DNA of 64,000 nt from Polyangiaceae bacterium (lineage in GTDB: Bacteria > Myxococcota_A > Polyangia > Polyangiales > Polyangiaceae), in NCBI GenBank assembly GCA_050287085.1, contig JBNKBE010000001.1, positions 426,848-490,847 on the forward strand, given 5' to 3'. How positions within the stretch are numbered: the stretch's first letter is position 1; every line of letters begins with the position of its first letter. The translations under genes were made by a program, and so were the position numbers. Below are positions 52,104-61,304 of the stretch, one piece after another. The notes beneath the pieces were generated by a model. That model worked only from the letters and a program-made list of their open reading frames with translations, ran no database searches and was not told where the DNA came from.

Positions 52104-54854
52104 ATGGCTAGTTCGGTGCCTTCCACTGCCCGCCCTTCACTGCCCGCCCCCTCTCGTAGCGCGGCGCGCGCCGGGGCCCTGCTAGCGGCCGTCGCCTTGA
52201 GCGCCTGGCCACAGACATCCGACGCCCAAGAGCCGCAGGCCGCCCAAGAGCCGCAGGCCGCCCAAGAGCCGCAGGCCGCCCAAGAGCCGCAGGGCCAGCC
52301 TCGGAGTACCCCCGCCCCGCAGCGCCGAGCCTTGAGGCCCCCACGCGTGCTCGAGGCCGTCCCGGTTGCCTACCCGGCCACCGCCCTGGGTGAACAAGGC
52401 ACTGTCTTGGTGGATGTCACGGTTCAACCCGACGGTAGTCCCGTCAATGCGCGCATCGCCCAGGGACTGACCCCCGCATGCGACGCCGCCGCCTTGGCCG
52501 CTGCCGCCCACTTCAGATTCTCCCCTGCCGTGGCTCACGGCAAGCCGGTCGCGGCTCGAATTCGTCTGGCCTTCGACTTCCAGCCGCCTTCACCGGAACA
52601 ACGTGAAAGCGCGGCGAGCGATACTCCCACGACGGCTTCGGAACAGGCCGCGGCCCCCCCCGACCCTGCCGATCCGACACCGCGATCCGGCGAGCCAACG
52701 CAGCCGCACGGGCCATCGACGGCAGAAGCGATACCGCCCCCGCTGACGGCCTCTTCCGCCCCCCCGGGTCGCAAGGTCGAAGAAGTGATTGTAGCAGGAA
52801 CCGGCGAGCAAAGCGCCAAGTCCCGCGGCGCAGGTGACTTCGCCGTCAAGAGAGCCCTACTAGAAGCCGCTCCTCATCATGAGGGCGTCGACATGTTGCG
52901 GACGGCTCCTGGTCTCTACGTGGCACGTCCAGAGGGAGCTGCCGTTGCCCATCGCTACATGCTGCGTGGTTTCGATTCCGAACACGGTCAAGACATCGAG
53001 TTTCGTGTCGGCGGAATACCCATCAATCAACCCTCCCACATCCACGGGCAGGGCTACGCGGACTTGGGCTTTCTGATCGGGGACACCGTGGACGAACTCC
53101 GCGTGACCGAAGGCGTTCACGACACGCATCAAGGTGACTTCGCCGTAGCGGGGTCGATCAATGTGCGACTCGGAGTGGAGGACCGCGGCACTCGCGTCAC
53201 CACGGGTTACGGCTCGTTTCGAACCTTCCAACAACAGCTGCTCTGGGCGCCCGAGTCGCAGCCGAAAGACAACTTCGCGGCGCTCGCATACCGCCAAAGC
53301 GACGGGTTCGGTCAGAACCGCCGAGGGCAATCCGTCAGCGCGCTGACGCAACAGGCATGGGGCTCGGGCGACCTCCGCTCTCGTCTGGTAGCTGTTTTCT
53401 ACGGAGCTCGTTCCAACCTGGCAGGGGTAGTGCGCCGCGACGACATCGACGACGGTCGAATCGGTTTCTATGATGTCTATCCGCAAGCCACGGCACGGGC
53501 GCAAAACGCACAAACAGGGCGCGCGTTGCTCGGCTACTTTTCCGAATACGCTGGACTGGACGGTGATTCCGCCAGCGGCGGTGTGTGGCTCAGCTACGAC
53601 GCCTTCAGGCTGCAAGAAAACTTCACGGGCTTCTTGCAACGCTCGCAAACGCTGGACGGTGTCACTGGGCGTGGAGATCTCATCGAGCAGGTCAATCGCA
53701 GCCTGTCGCTAGGCGTTGACGCCGAGTACCGCTCGACTCCCTATGAGCCGTGGAAGGGGACGCATGGGTATGTGCGACTAGGCTTCACAGGACGGCTCGA
53801 CGACATCGACCAAGGGCAGAATCTACTCGACGCAGCGGTACGCCTACAGACCTGGGACCAGCGCATCAATGCGGGGATCTTCGGCCTGGACATCGGCGGC
53901 TTCATGGACGCGGACTTTCACTTCACCGAGCGCTTGAAGGTGCGGGCGGGACTGCGAGCCGATGCGTTGTCGTACATCGTTGACGACCGACTCGGAAATC
54001 GCGTGCCAGCCACCCGCCCCGACGATGCGTTCATCATCGGCTACCGCCGGAGTGCCGCCGGGCTGGTGCTGGGGCCACGCGTAAGTGCGGACTTCACCAC
54101 CACAGACTGGCTGACCGTGCACGCGTCCTACGGTGAAGGCTACAGATCTCCGCAAGCGCGTACGCTCGACGATGGGGAGCAGGCGCCGTTCACGAAAGTG
54201 CGCTCCGCTGATCTCGGAGCCCGCATCGCATTTCCAGAACGCGCGGAGTTCACCCTCGCCGGCTATTGGACCACGCTCTCCGACGATGTAGCGTTCGACG
54301 CCACCGAAGGGCGACTTGAACGCGTCGGCCGCACGCGGCGTCTCGGTGCCGTGGCGCACGCTGAAGTCACACCCTGGCACTGGCTGATATCAGCAGCGTC
54401 GCTCACCTACGTAGATGCCGAGTTGCAGGAACCGCCGCCGGCCACAGCATCCGAGCCTGACCCCCCCTTCGCCAAGGGACAGAACCTGCCGTTCGTGCCG
54501 CCGCTGGTCGCACGCGTCGACCTCGGAACACAACTCGAGCTTCCCAGCCCGAGCCCCTCCCGTCCGCTCAGCGGACACGCCGGACTCGGCTTCTCGGCGC
54601 TTTCATCCCGGCCGCTGCCCTACGGCGACTTCGCTTCACCTTTCGCGTTGCTGGACCTGTCGGCGTCGATCCACTATGCGCCGCTGCGGCTCGGGCTCGA
54701 ACTCTATAACCTGCTCAACACGCGCTATGCCGCTATCGAGTACTCGTTTGTATCCAATTGGGATCCGCAGGGGCTCAGCTCCCGATTGCCCGCGCGACAC
54801 ATCTCCGCGGGCGCTCCACGAACGGTGATGGCGACCTTGGAGATCTCGCTATGA
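52104..54854 (+). CDS. TonB-dependent receptor with fused TonB C-terminal domain
   Basis: Signal peptide, YP...VDVTV..DG...FRFSPA TonB-C domain, plug LRGFDSEHGQD...HIHGQGYADL, C-terminal GAPRTV. Confidence 0.9.
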   Translation: MASSVPSTARPSLPAPSRSAARAGALLAAVALSAWPQTSDAQEPQAAQEPQAAQEPQAAQEPQGQPRSTPAPQRRALRPPRVLEAVPVAYPATALGEQGTVLVDVTVQPDGSPVNARIAQGLTPACDAAALAAAAHFRFSPAVAHGKPVAARIRLAFDFQPPSPEQRESAASDTPTTASEQAAAPPDPADPTPRSGEPTQPHGPSTAEAIPPPLTASSAPPGRKVEEVIVAGTGEQSAKSRGAGDFAVKRALLEAAPHHEGVDMLRTAPGLYVARPEGAAVAHRYMLRGFDSEHGQDIEFRVGGIPINQPSHIHGQGYADLGFLIGDTVDELRVTEGVHDTHQGDFAVAGSINVRLGVEDRGTRVTTGYGSFRTFQQQLLWAPESQPKDNFAALAYRQSDGFGQNRRGQSVSALTQQAWGSGDLRSRLVAVFYGARSNLAGVVRRDDIDDGRIGFYDVYPQATARAQNAQTGRALLGYFSEYAGLDGDSASGGVWLSYDAFRLQENFTGFLQRSQTLDGVTGRGDLIEQVNRSLSLGVDAEYRSTPYEPWKGTHGYVRLGFTGRLDDIDQGQNLLDAAVRLQTWDQRINAGIFGLDIGGFMDADFHFTERLKVRAGLRADALSYIVDDRLGNRVPATRPDDAFIIGYRRSAAGLVLGPRVSADFTTTDWLTVHASYGEGYRSPQARTLDDGEQAPFTKVRSADLGARIAFPERAEFTLAGYWTTLSDDVAFDATEGRLERVGRTRRLGAVAHAEVTPWHWLISAASLTYVDAELQEPPPATASEPDPPFAKGQNLPFVPPLVARVDLGTQLELPSPSPSRPLSGHAGLGFSALSSRPLPYGDFASPFALLDLSASIHYAPLRLGLELYNLLNTRYAAIEYSFVSNWDPQGLSSRLPARHISAGAPRTVMATLEISL
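52224..52293. repeat. 18-bp tandem repeat x3.9 (encodes AQEPQA)
   Basis: Unit GCCCAAGAGCCGCAGGCC. Confidence 0.9.
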
Positions 54855-55624
54855 ATGGCTCCCGCTGGGTACGCAGTCCCCTGTGCGCGGCACTGGCATT
54901 GGCGCTGCCTCTTCCGTTCGCTTCCGGGTGCCTAGATACCGGAAGCGAGGCGCTCACGTTCCCGCTACGCGTTGGCGGCAGCGGTACGAACTCCATCACC
55001 GACCGAAGCGGATTCGAGATCGAGTTGCAACAAGCACGCCTGGTGATCGGCCCGCTCTACCTGTGCTCGAGCCCAGGCGGCGGTGAGCTATGTGAACTCG
55101 CACGGGCAGAGTGGCAGGACAGCGTCGACGTAGATCTGCTGTCAAGCGAAGACAGCTTGGCTGGAGACGTCCTGGGACACGCCGGCACTATTCGTTCCTA
55201 CATGTTTGACCTCGGGTACAGCAGTTTGCTGACCCGTTCTGAGACTCTTCCGTCACCGGCTGCCGAGAAGCTGCGCGGTTCACTCCGTTTGGCTGGTACT
55301 GCGCGTCGCGACGCCGTCGTCGTGTCGTTCGCTGGAACCCTCGCCCTACAAGCGGGTGAACAAACCGAAAAGGGGGTCGCGCTGCTCAGGGGCCGACTCG
55401 AAACTCCAGTAGACCTAGACGAAGTGTCCAGCATGCGAATCCAATTCGATCTGGCGGATTGGTTTTCAACCCTGCGATTTGAAGATATCGCAAGCGCTGA
55501 TGGCTGCACCACGGCGTGTACAGTCGAGGCGCCGCTCGAAAACGGCAGCGAACTCGGACGCATGCTCACCAGCACCATCCTGGGAGGTCAACGACCCGAG
55601 GTAACATTCAAGCGCAAGCCCTAG
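54851..55624 (+). CDS. Hypothetical lipoprotein coupled to the TBDR
   Basis: ATGA overlap; FASGC lipobox; GPLYLC motif. Confidence 0.75.
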   Translation: MNGSRWVRSPLCAALALALPLPFASGCLDTGSEALTFPLRVGGSGTNSITDRSGFEIELQQARLVIGPLYLCSSPGGGELCELARAEWQDSVDVDLLSSEDSLAGDVLGHAGTIRSYMFDLGYSSLLTRSETLPSPAAEKLRGSLRLAGTARRDAVVVSFAGTLALQAGEQTEKGVALLRGRLETPVDLDEVSSMRIQFDLADWFSTLRFEDIASADGCTTACTVEAPLENGSELGRMLTSTILGGQRPEVTFKRKP

Positions 55625-55654
55625 GTGCTTCTCGATTGCAGGCCAGTCGGGTCT

Positions 55655-56194
55655 TCAATCTGCCTTCTCAGCGGCTGTCTTCAGGCGCGACAGGCCACGT
55701 TCAAAGTCCTTGCCGACCATGGCGTCCAAGTTGATGAAAAGGCTCATCACCTTCATCATGAACGGCGACTCCCCATTCATCAACCAACACACTTCGCACC
55801 CCTCATCGTGTTCGATCACCGTGAAGACCGTTCGATTGGTGGCCTCCCAAGGCGCCATGAAGTGTAGGTGAATCTCAACACGGTGCGGCGGCTGGTTATG
55901 GGTAATCTCCATACGCCCACGCCCTACCTTCTTATTCCCCTCCCAAGAGTAGGTTGCCCCCTCCCCTGCCGATGCCCCGCCGTATTGACGCTGCATGCTG
56001 GGGTCAAGTTCTTCCCAGGGAGACCAGGCGGTCCACTTGTGGAAGTCTGCGATCAGTCCGTGCACGACAGCGGCGGGCGCCCCGATGCGTATGCTGCGCT
56101 TGACTTCCAACGCGTTCGGCTTGCGGCTAGCCAACAACAAGAGGCCCCCCACCAAAGCGGCCGCGACCCAAAGCACGATGCCCCAAACACTCAT
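55655..56194 (-). CDS. SRPBCC (polyketide cyclase/START-like) protein
   Basis: N-terminal TM, WTAWSPWEELDP, YSWEGNKKVGRG, GKDFERGL. Confidence 0.88.
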   Translation of the reverse strand: MSVWGIVLWVAAALVGGLLLLASRKPNALEVKRSIRIGAPAAVVHGLIADFHKWTAWSPWEELDPSMQRQYGGASAGEGATYSWEGNKKVGRGRMEITHNQPPHRVEIHLHFMAPWEATNRTVFTVIEHDEGCEVCWLMNGESPFMMKVMSLFINLDAMVGKDFERGLSRLKTAAEKAD

Positions 56195-56298
56195 GACGGC
56201 ATGATACCGATCCTGACGTGCAATCGCCAGCGTCGACGAGGGTGCATTGGTGACAGGCTCGATTCCAAGGCGGCGCGTGCGGGCGTCGCACACGAACA

Positions 56299-56331
56299 GA
56301 GGGGCCCTTCCGCGAACCGGAAGAGCCCCTC
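56299..56331 (-). terminator. Hairpin downstream of xylA
   Basis: Stem GAGGGGCCCTTCC / GGAAGAGCCCCTC. Confidence 0.45.
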
Positions 56332-56382
56332 GATTGGCACGCTCGACGAGGGCCGCAAGCCCCAGTCGAGGTCTCAGACCTA

Positions 56383-57723
56383 TTAGGTCGTGATCAGGTA
56401 CTGATTGATGAGATTCTCGATCAGCTCGGTCTTGCCGCTGATCTTCGGGAGATTCTCACGGCTTTCCGCCAGCTTAGCAAGCGCTGGGAGGTCGAGCTTA
56501 CCGGCGGTGAAGTCTGCACCGTCACCTTCAGTGAAGGTCTTGTAGCGCTCCTTGACCATGCCTGGCAGCGGCGATTCGGCCAGGATACGAGCCGCCACTT
56601 CGAGACCGCGAGCGAACGCGTCCATGCCGCCGATGTGCGCGATGAACATATCGTCCAGATCGGTCGAATTGCGGCGCACCTTGGCGTCGAAGTTCAGACC
56701 ACCGGTCTTGAAGCCGCCGGCAGCTAGAACGACCATCATCGCCTCAGTGGCTTGATACAGATCGGTGGGGAATTGATCCGTATCCCATCCGTTCTGGGGA
56801 TCGCCGCGATTGGCGTCAATGCTGCCCAGCAATCCGGCATCCGCTGCAACCTGAAGGTCGTGAGTGAAGGAGTGCCCGGCCAAGGTTGCATGGTTGGCCT
56901 CGATGTTCAGTTGAAAGTCACCTGCTAGGTCGTACTGACGCAGGAAGCCAATGACCGTCGCAGAATCCACGTCGTACTGATGCTTGGTCGGCTCCATCGG
57001 CTTCGGCTCGATCAGGAACGTGCCCTTGAAGCCGTTCTTGCGACCGTAGTCGCGAGCCATGCCGAGGAAGCGTCCCATATTGTCCAGCTCCCGCTTCATG
57101 TCGGTGTTGAGCAAGGCGGTGTAGCCCTCGCGGCCGCCCCAGAACACGTAGTTCTCGCCACCTAGCTCAATCGTCGCATCGATAGCGGACTTGACCTGAG
57201 CTGCCGCGTGGGTCACGACGTCGAAACTCGGATTCGTCATGGCGCCGTTCATGTAGCGCGGATCCGAAAACAGATTCGCCGTACCCCACAGCAGCTTCAT
57301 GCCCGTCGCCTTCTGGCGCTCCTTGGCCAGCGCGATGATCTTCTCCAGGTTGGAGCGCGACTCGGCCACGGTCGCGCCGGGCGGAGAAATGTCGCGGTCG
57401 TGAAAGCAGTAGTAGGGCACGCCCAGCTTGGTGAAGAACTCGAATGCCGCGTCCAGTCGCATCACGGCGTTTTCCATCGGGCTTGCGTGCTCGGCTTCCC
57501 ACGGAAAATCCCGGGTTCCCGAACCGAAGGGGTCTGAACCCGTGCCGCAGAACGTGTGCCAATAACAAGCCGCGAAGCGCAGGTGCTCCTTCATGGTCTT
57601 GCCGGCCACGACCTTGTTCTCGTCGTAGAACTTGAACGCCAACGGGTTGGACGACTTCGGACCCTCGTAAGGGATGCTGCCGATGCCGGGAAAGTACTCT
57701 TTGTTTCCGATAAAGGGTGCCAT
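56383..57723 (-). CDS. xylA: Xylose isomerase (class II)
   Basis: YWHTF, CFHDRD, WGGREGY, EPKPMEP, NIEANHA, GWDTDQF, LNFDAK. Confidence 0.96.
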   Translation of the reverse strand: MAPFIGNKEYFPGIGSIPYEGPKSSNPLAFKFYDENKVVAGKTMKEHLRFAACYWHTFCGTGSDPFGSGTRDFPWEAEHASPMENAVMRLDAAFEFFTKLGVPYYCFHDRDISPPGATVAESRSNLEKIIALAKERQKATGMKLLWGTANLFSDPRYMNGAMTNPSFDVVTHAAAQVKSAIDATIELGGENYVFWGGREGYTALLNTDMKRELDNMGRFLGMARDYGRKNGFKGTFLIEPKPMEPTKHQYDVDSATVIGFLRQYDLAGDFQLNIEANHATLAGHSFTHDLQVAADAGLLGSIDANRGDPQNGWDTDQFPTDLYQATEAMMVVLAAGGFKTGGLNFDAKVRRNSTDLDDMFIAHIGGMDAFARGLEVAARILAESPLPGMVKERYKTFTEGDGADFTAGKLDLPALAKLAESRENLPKISGKTELIENLINQYLITT

Positions 57724-58030
57724 AATCCTCTTCCTAATTTGGGGGCTGTGACATTACTCGAAGTGCGGGGCGGCCCCCACAGCAGCAGGCGCCAAGCACG
57801 ATCGATTTCTCGCCGCGCCGGGCAGCCGGGCGCCTTGCGAACCATCCGATCTATACGAAAATGAAATGGGCCGCTAGCCGCTATTGAAACCTAATTCCGA
57901 TAGCCCGCTGTGACCGTGGCCCCCAGCGCTCAAACATAGGCCACGCATGCGAAGCCCCACGCCATAAATCCCGGCGCGGCCGGCTGCTACGCCACGCCCC
58001 CTCCCGCGTGGCGTTCGGGAGCACTCGACG

Positions 58031-59065
58031 ATGCCAAGGTCAGGTTGTAGGTCCTATTTCATGCTGAGCTCAGTCCCCGACACTCCCCCCAGTGCACCCA
58101 ACTCCCAGACGCCTCAAGCCCGCGCAACGTGTCTTCTGTTGAGCCTTGCTCTGGCCGCCCCCGCATGCGGCAGCGACACCAGCAGCGGTAGCCTGAGCGT
58201 ATTGCTCGAAAGCGAAGACACCATTGTCAATGGTCTCGAACCGGGCACGGGCGCCGAAGACATCCGCGACGGCTTCACGGTCACTTTCGACCGTTATATC
58301 GCCGTATTGGGCGATATTCGTTTGCACCCAAGCACCGATCCGGAAGTCACCCGACGAGATGCGGCGACTTTCGCCGTCGACCTGAGCCATATCAGCGCCC
58401 AGGGCGAAGAGCTTTGGCAGTTCGACGATCTGGACGCAGGACGCTGGGAATTCCACTACGCGCTCGGCACCGGAAGCTCAAAGACGCAACGGCATGAAAG
58501 CGTGAAGAAGAGCGACTTCGAACGCATCGTGAGCGAACGCTTGACGTATTTGATCAGCGGCACCTTGGAGAAGCCCGACGGCGTTTCGTGTCCGCCTCCG
58601 GAAGCCGCGCTCGTCGACACGGACACCGCCACCTCGGAGAATTCGGCCGGCATAGCCTGCTATCCAAACCCCAAAATCCATTTTGAACTCGGCCTGGCGG
58701 CGGCCACCCGCTTCGGTCCCTGTGAGGTGGACGGGATCCCCGGCGTGAGCGTGCCGAGTGGCGGAATGGCAACGGTGGCCGCCACGCTGCACGGTGATCA
58801 TCTCTTCTTCAACGGCTTCCCCGAGGGCGCGGAGGGTGGGATCCATCGCCTGGCTCAGCTGTGGGCAGATGCGGACCTCAACGTCGATGGCGAGCTCACC
58901 CTCGAAGAGCTCGAGCAGCTAGCGCCCGCACAGATGAGCGAACTAGACGAGCGCTACCAGCTCGGCGGTGCCCTCATCCCGCTGGAGACGTTGGCCGACT
59001 ACGCTCGCGCACAACTCATGACCCAGGGGCATATGGACGGCGAAGGAGAGTGCCCGCCGAGCTGA
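58031..59065 (+). CDS. Hypothetical acidic lipoprotein
   Basis: LALAAPAC lipobox; HGDHLFF and C-terminal GHMDGEGEC; start may be 58061. Confidence 0.75.
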   Translation: MPRSGCRSYFMLSSVPDTPPSAPNSQTPQARATCLLLSLALAAPACGSDTSSGSLSVLLESEDTIVNGLEPGTGAEDIRDGFTVTFDRYIAVLGDIRLHPSTDPEVTRRDAATFAVDLSHISAQGEELWQFDDLDAGRWEFHYALGTGSSKTQRHESVKKSDFERIVSERLTYLISGTLEKPDGVSCPPPEAALVDTDTATSENSAGIACYPNPKIHFELGLAAATRFGPCEVDGIPGVSVPSGGMATVAATLHGDHLFFNGFPEGAEGGIHRLAQLWADADLNVDGELTLEELEQLAPAQMSELDERYQLGGALIPLETLADYARAQLMTQGHMDGEGECPPS

Positions 59066-59228
59066 CCCGCCCGAAACGGAGCACAGACGCCGTTTCGACG
59101 ACAAGACGTAACGCAACTGCAATGTTCCATGCACAGCTGCAAGTGGTGTTTTTTTGACTATCCCGTAAGTCTCTGAAATTACACAAGCCAGTCCTGGCAC
59201 GAGCCCTGCATTACCAACGCTTGGAACA

Positions 59229-59671
59229 GCCACCTGGGGTGAGTCGCAAGGCCCCCGCGGTGGCGCCGTGTTTAGCGCGGCGGCGCGATCCCTCCCCTCC
59301 CTCCCTGTGCCGCCGCGCTCCCTACTTCTAGCTGCAATTATCTACGCCCAAGAGTTACCTCGGCCCAGGGCAGGCCAAGCATTTCGCGCGGCGACACGTC
59401 CCTCCCTCCCCTCCCTGTGTCGCCGCGCCCCTTTTCATTTCGCAATCAGTGATTAGTTTCCTGTTCTGACAGTCCGGCGCTCCCGGACGCCCTGTTATGC
59501 GCGGCGACGCTCCTCCTCCCTCCCCTCCCTGCGTCGCCGCGCCCCTTATGGGGTTCTCGCCCTTCCTGGAGGAGCAGAGAACCTGATTTTCGCGCGACGA
59601 CGCACTTCCTCCCCTCCCCTCCCTGCGTCGCCGCGCCCTATTTTTCGGGCCTTTCAGATCTGAAAGGCCCG
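59229..59671 (+). ncRNA. Candidate structured non-coding RNA: array of four hairpins with CU-rich loops
   Basis: Stems of GCGCGGCGACGC type at 59275-59318, 59386-59428, 59499-59542 and 59592-59636, with 19-20 nt C/U loops, compensatory changes, U-rich flanks, a 5' GCAA-tetraloop hairpin and a 3' palindrome. Confidence 0.55.
59646..59671. terminator. 26-bp perfect palindrome, possible bidirectional terminator
   Basis: CGGGCCTTTCAGATCTGAAAGGCCCG between the array and the convergent cobQ stop. Confidence 0.5.
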
Positions 59672-59719
59672 TTATCCGAAGCCAGTCCTCGACGCGTACG
59701 CCCGCGGGCGGCTGCCCGC

Positions 59720-61210
59720 CTATCCTATCCAGGACAATACGGCGTCGACGTTGACGTGACGACAGAAGTGCTCAGCGAGCTCCGCAATCGCAGCATCCCG
59801 ACTGGGGCGCCCGAGCAAGCCCTCCCAGTCGCCGTCCGGATCAAGCCATCGGAGCAATCCGCGGAGCGCGGCCGGCTCGTCGAGGAGCCCATGTACATAG
59901 CTGCCGAGCACACGGCCGTGCAGCGCCCCATCTCGAAGAGGTGCGGCGCTGCTGCTATCCCCGGGAGGCTCTAGCGCTGTCAACGACGGCAGCTTGCTTT
60001 GCGTCTGCCCCATATGGATCTCGTAGCCGTTGATAGCTGCCTGCCACAACTCACAGTAGCCGCGCACTCGCCGAACCACCTTGTGCGGGAGGAGCTCCGT
60101 CTGAATCTCCAACAGCCCAAGCCCCGTGCTTTCGCCCGGTGAGCCCTCGACGCCGAGCGGATCCGAAACGCGGTGGCCGAGCATCTGGTAGCCACCGCAT
60201 ATGCCAAGCAAGGCTCGGCCACGCGCCACATGCTCCGAAAGCACCGCATCAAAGCCCTGCGCGCGAAGCCATTGTAGATCCGCGCGCACCGCTTTGCTCC
60301 CAGGTAGCACGTAGAGATCGTAGTCGTGGTGCGCGCGCGGCCGCGTCAGGTAATGCAGAGCCACTCCGTCGATCGACGAGAGCGCATCGAAATCGGTGAA
60401 GTTCGAGATGTGTGGCAGGCGGATCACGCCGATTCGAAGGCGGGCCTCGCTCCCGACCGCTGGAGACGGATCGATCACCGTCTGCAAATTGAGGCCGTCC
60501 TCCGCCTCCAGCCGCAGGTCGTAGCGAAAAGGCAGCACCCCCACCACCGGAACACCGGTACGCCGCTCCAAGAAACGCACCCCGTCGTCGAACAAACTGC
60601 GATCCCCCCGGAAGCGATTGATGAGCACCCCTTTGATCCTCGCGCGCTCGGCAGCCTCGAGCACTTCCAACGTACCAACCACTTGGGCAAATACGCCCCC
60701 TCGATCGATGTCGGCCACGAGCAATACACTGGCGTCAGCGGCGTGAGCGGGGCGAAAGTTGACGAAGTCACGGTCTCGCAAATTCACTTCGGCACACGAC
60801 CCAGCCCCTTCGGCAACAACCACGTCGTAACGACGTAGCAAGCGTTCGAGAGCCGATAGCGCCACCTCACCGATGGGTTTGCCACCGCCCCGAAAGTACT
60901 CAGCTGCCGTCTGAGTGCCGAGCACCTGACCCAGCAGGACAATCTGCGCCGCCTGATCGCTCGTGGGTTTCAACAGGACGGGATTCATGTCGACGTGTGC
61001 TTCGACGCGCGCCGCGCATGCTTGCACGAACTGGGCCCGTCCGATCTCGCCGCCGGCAATGGTGACGGCGGAATTGTTGCTCATGTTCTGAGCCTTATAA
61101 GGGGCGACCCGAACACCCCGGTCGCTGAGGACTCGGCAGAGCGCGGTGGCGACCGTGCTTTTTCCCACGTCCGACGCGGTTCCGAGCACACTGATGCATC
61201 TGGCAGTCAC
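59720..61210 (-). CDS. cobQ: Cobyric acid synthase
   Basis: GTASDVGKS, PYKAQNMSNN, EGAGSCAEVNL, ADIDRGG, ISNFTDF, GICGGYQMLG, GYEIHMG, SYVHG; likely GTG start at 61210. Confidence 0.95.
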   Translation of the reverse strand: MTARCISVLGTASDVGKSTVATALCRVLSDRGVRVAPYKAQNMSNNSAVTIAGGEIGRAQFVQACAARVEAHVDMNPVLLKPTSDQAAQIVLLGQVLGTQTAAEYFRGGGKPIGEVALSALERLLRRYDVVVAEGAGSCAEVNLRDRDFVNFRPAHAADASVLLVADIDRGGVFAQVVGTLEVLEAAERARIKGVLINRFRGDRSLFDDGVRFLERRTGVPVVGVLPFRYDLRLEAEDGLNLQTVIDPSPAVGSEARLRIGVIRLPHISNFTDFDALSSIDGVALHYLTRPRAHHDYDLYVLPGSKAVRADLQWLRAQGFDAVLSEHVARGRALLGICGGYQMLGHRVSDPLGVEGSPGESTGLGLLEIQTELLPHKVVRRVRGYCELWQAAINGYEIHMGQTQSKLPSLTALEPPGDSSSAAPLRDGALHGRVLGSYVHGLLDEPAALRGLLRWLDPDGDWEGLLGRPSRDAAIAELAEHFCRHVNVDAVLSWIG

Positions 61211-61250
61211 GACCGGCACCCTAGACGAGAGCTCGGAGATCTCTACCTGT

Positions 61251-61304
61251 TCATTGCGAACCAAGGGCTCACTGCGAACCAAGGGCTCATTGCGAACCAG
61301 GGGA
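61251..61304. repeat. 18-bp tandem repeat x3 containing the stop codon of the upstream gene
   Basis: TCA(T/C)TGCGAACCAAGGGC units. Confidence 0.85.

Noticed and set aside
59275..59636. CRISPR array interpretation of the four spaced repeats
   Set aside because: Repeats are non-identical and co-vary as hairpins, spacers are long, uneven and structured, and no cas genes are in the window.
59066..59719. Cobalamin riboswitch because of neighbouring cobQ
   Set aside because: The region lies 3' of cobQ, and I saw no B12-box or GGGAA/GCCACTG-type core.
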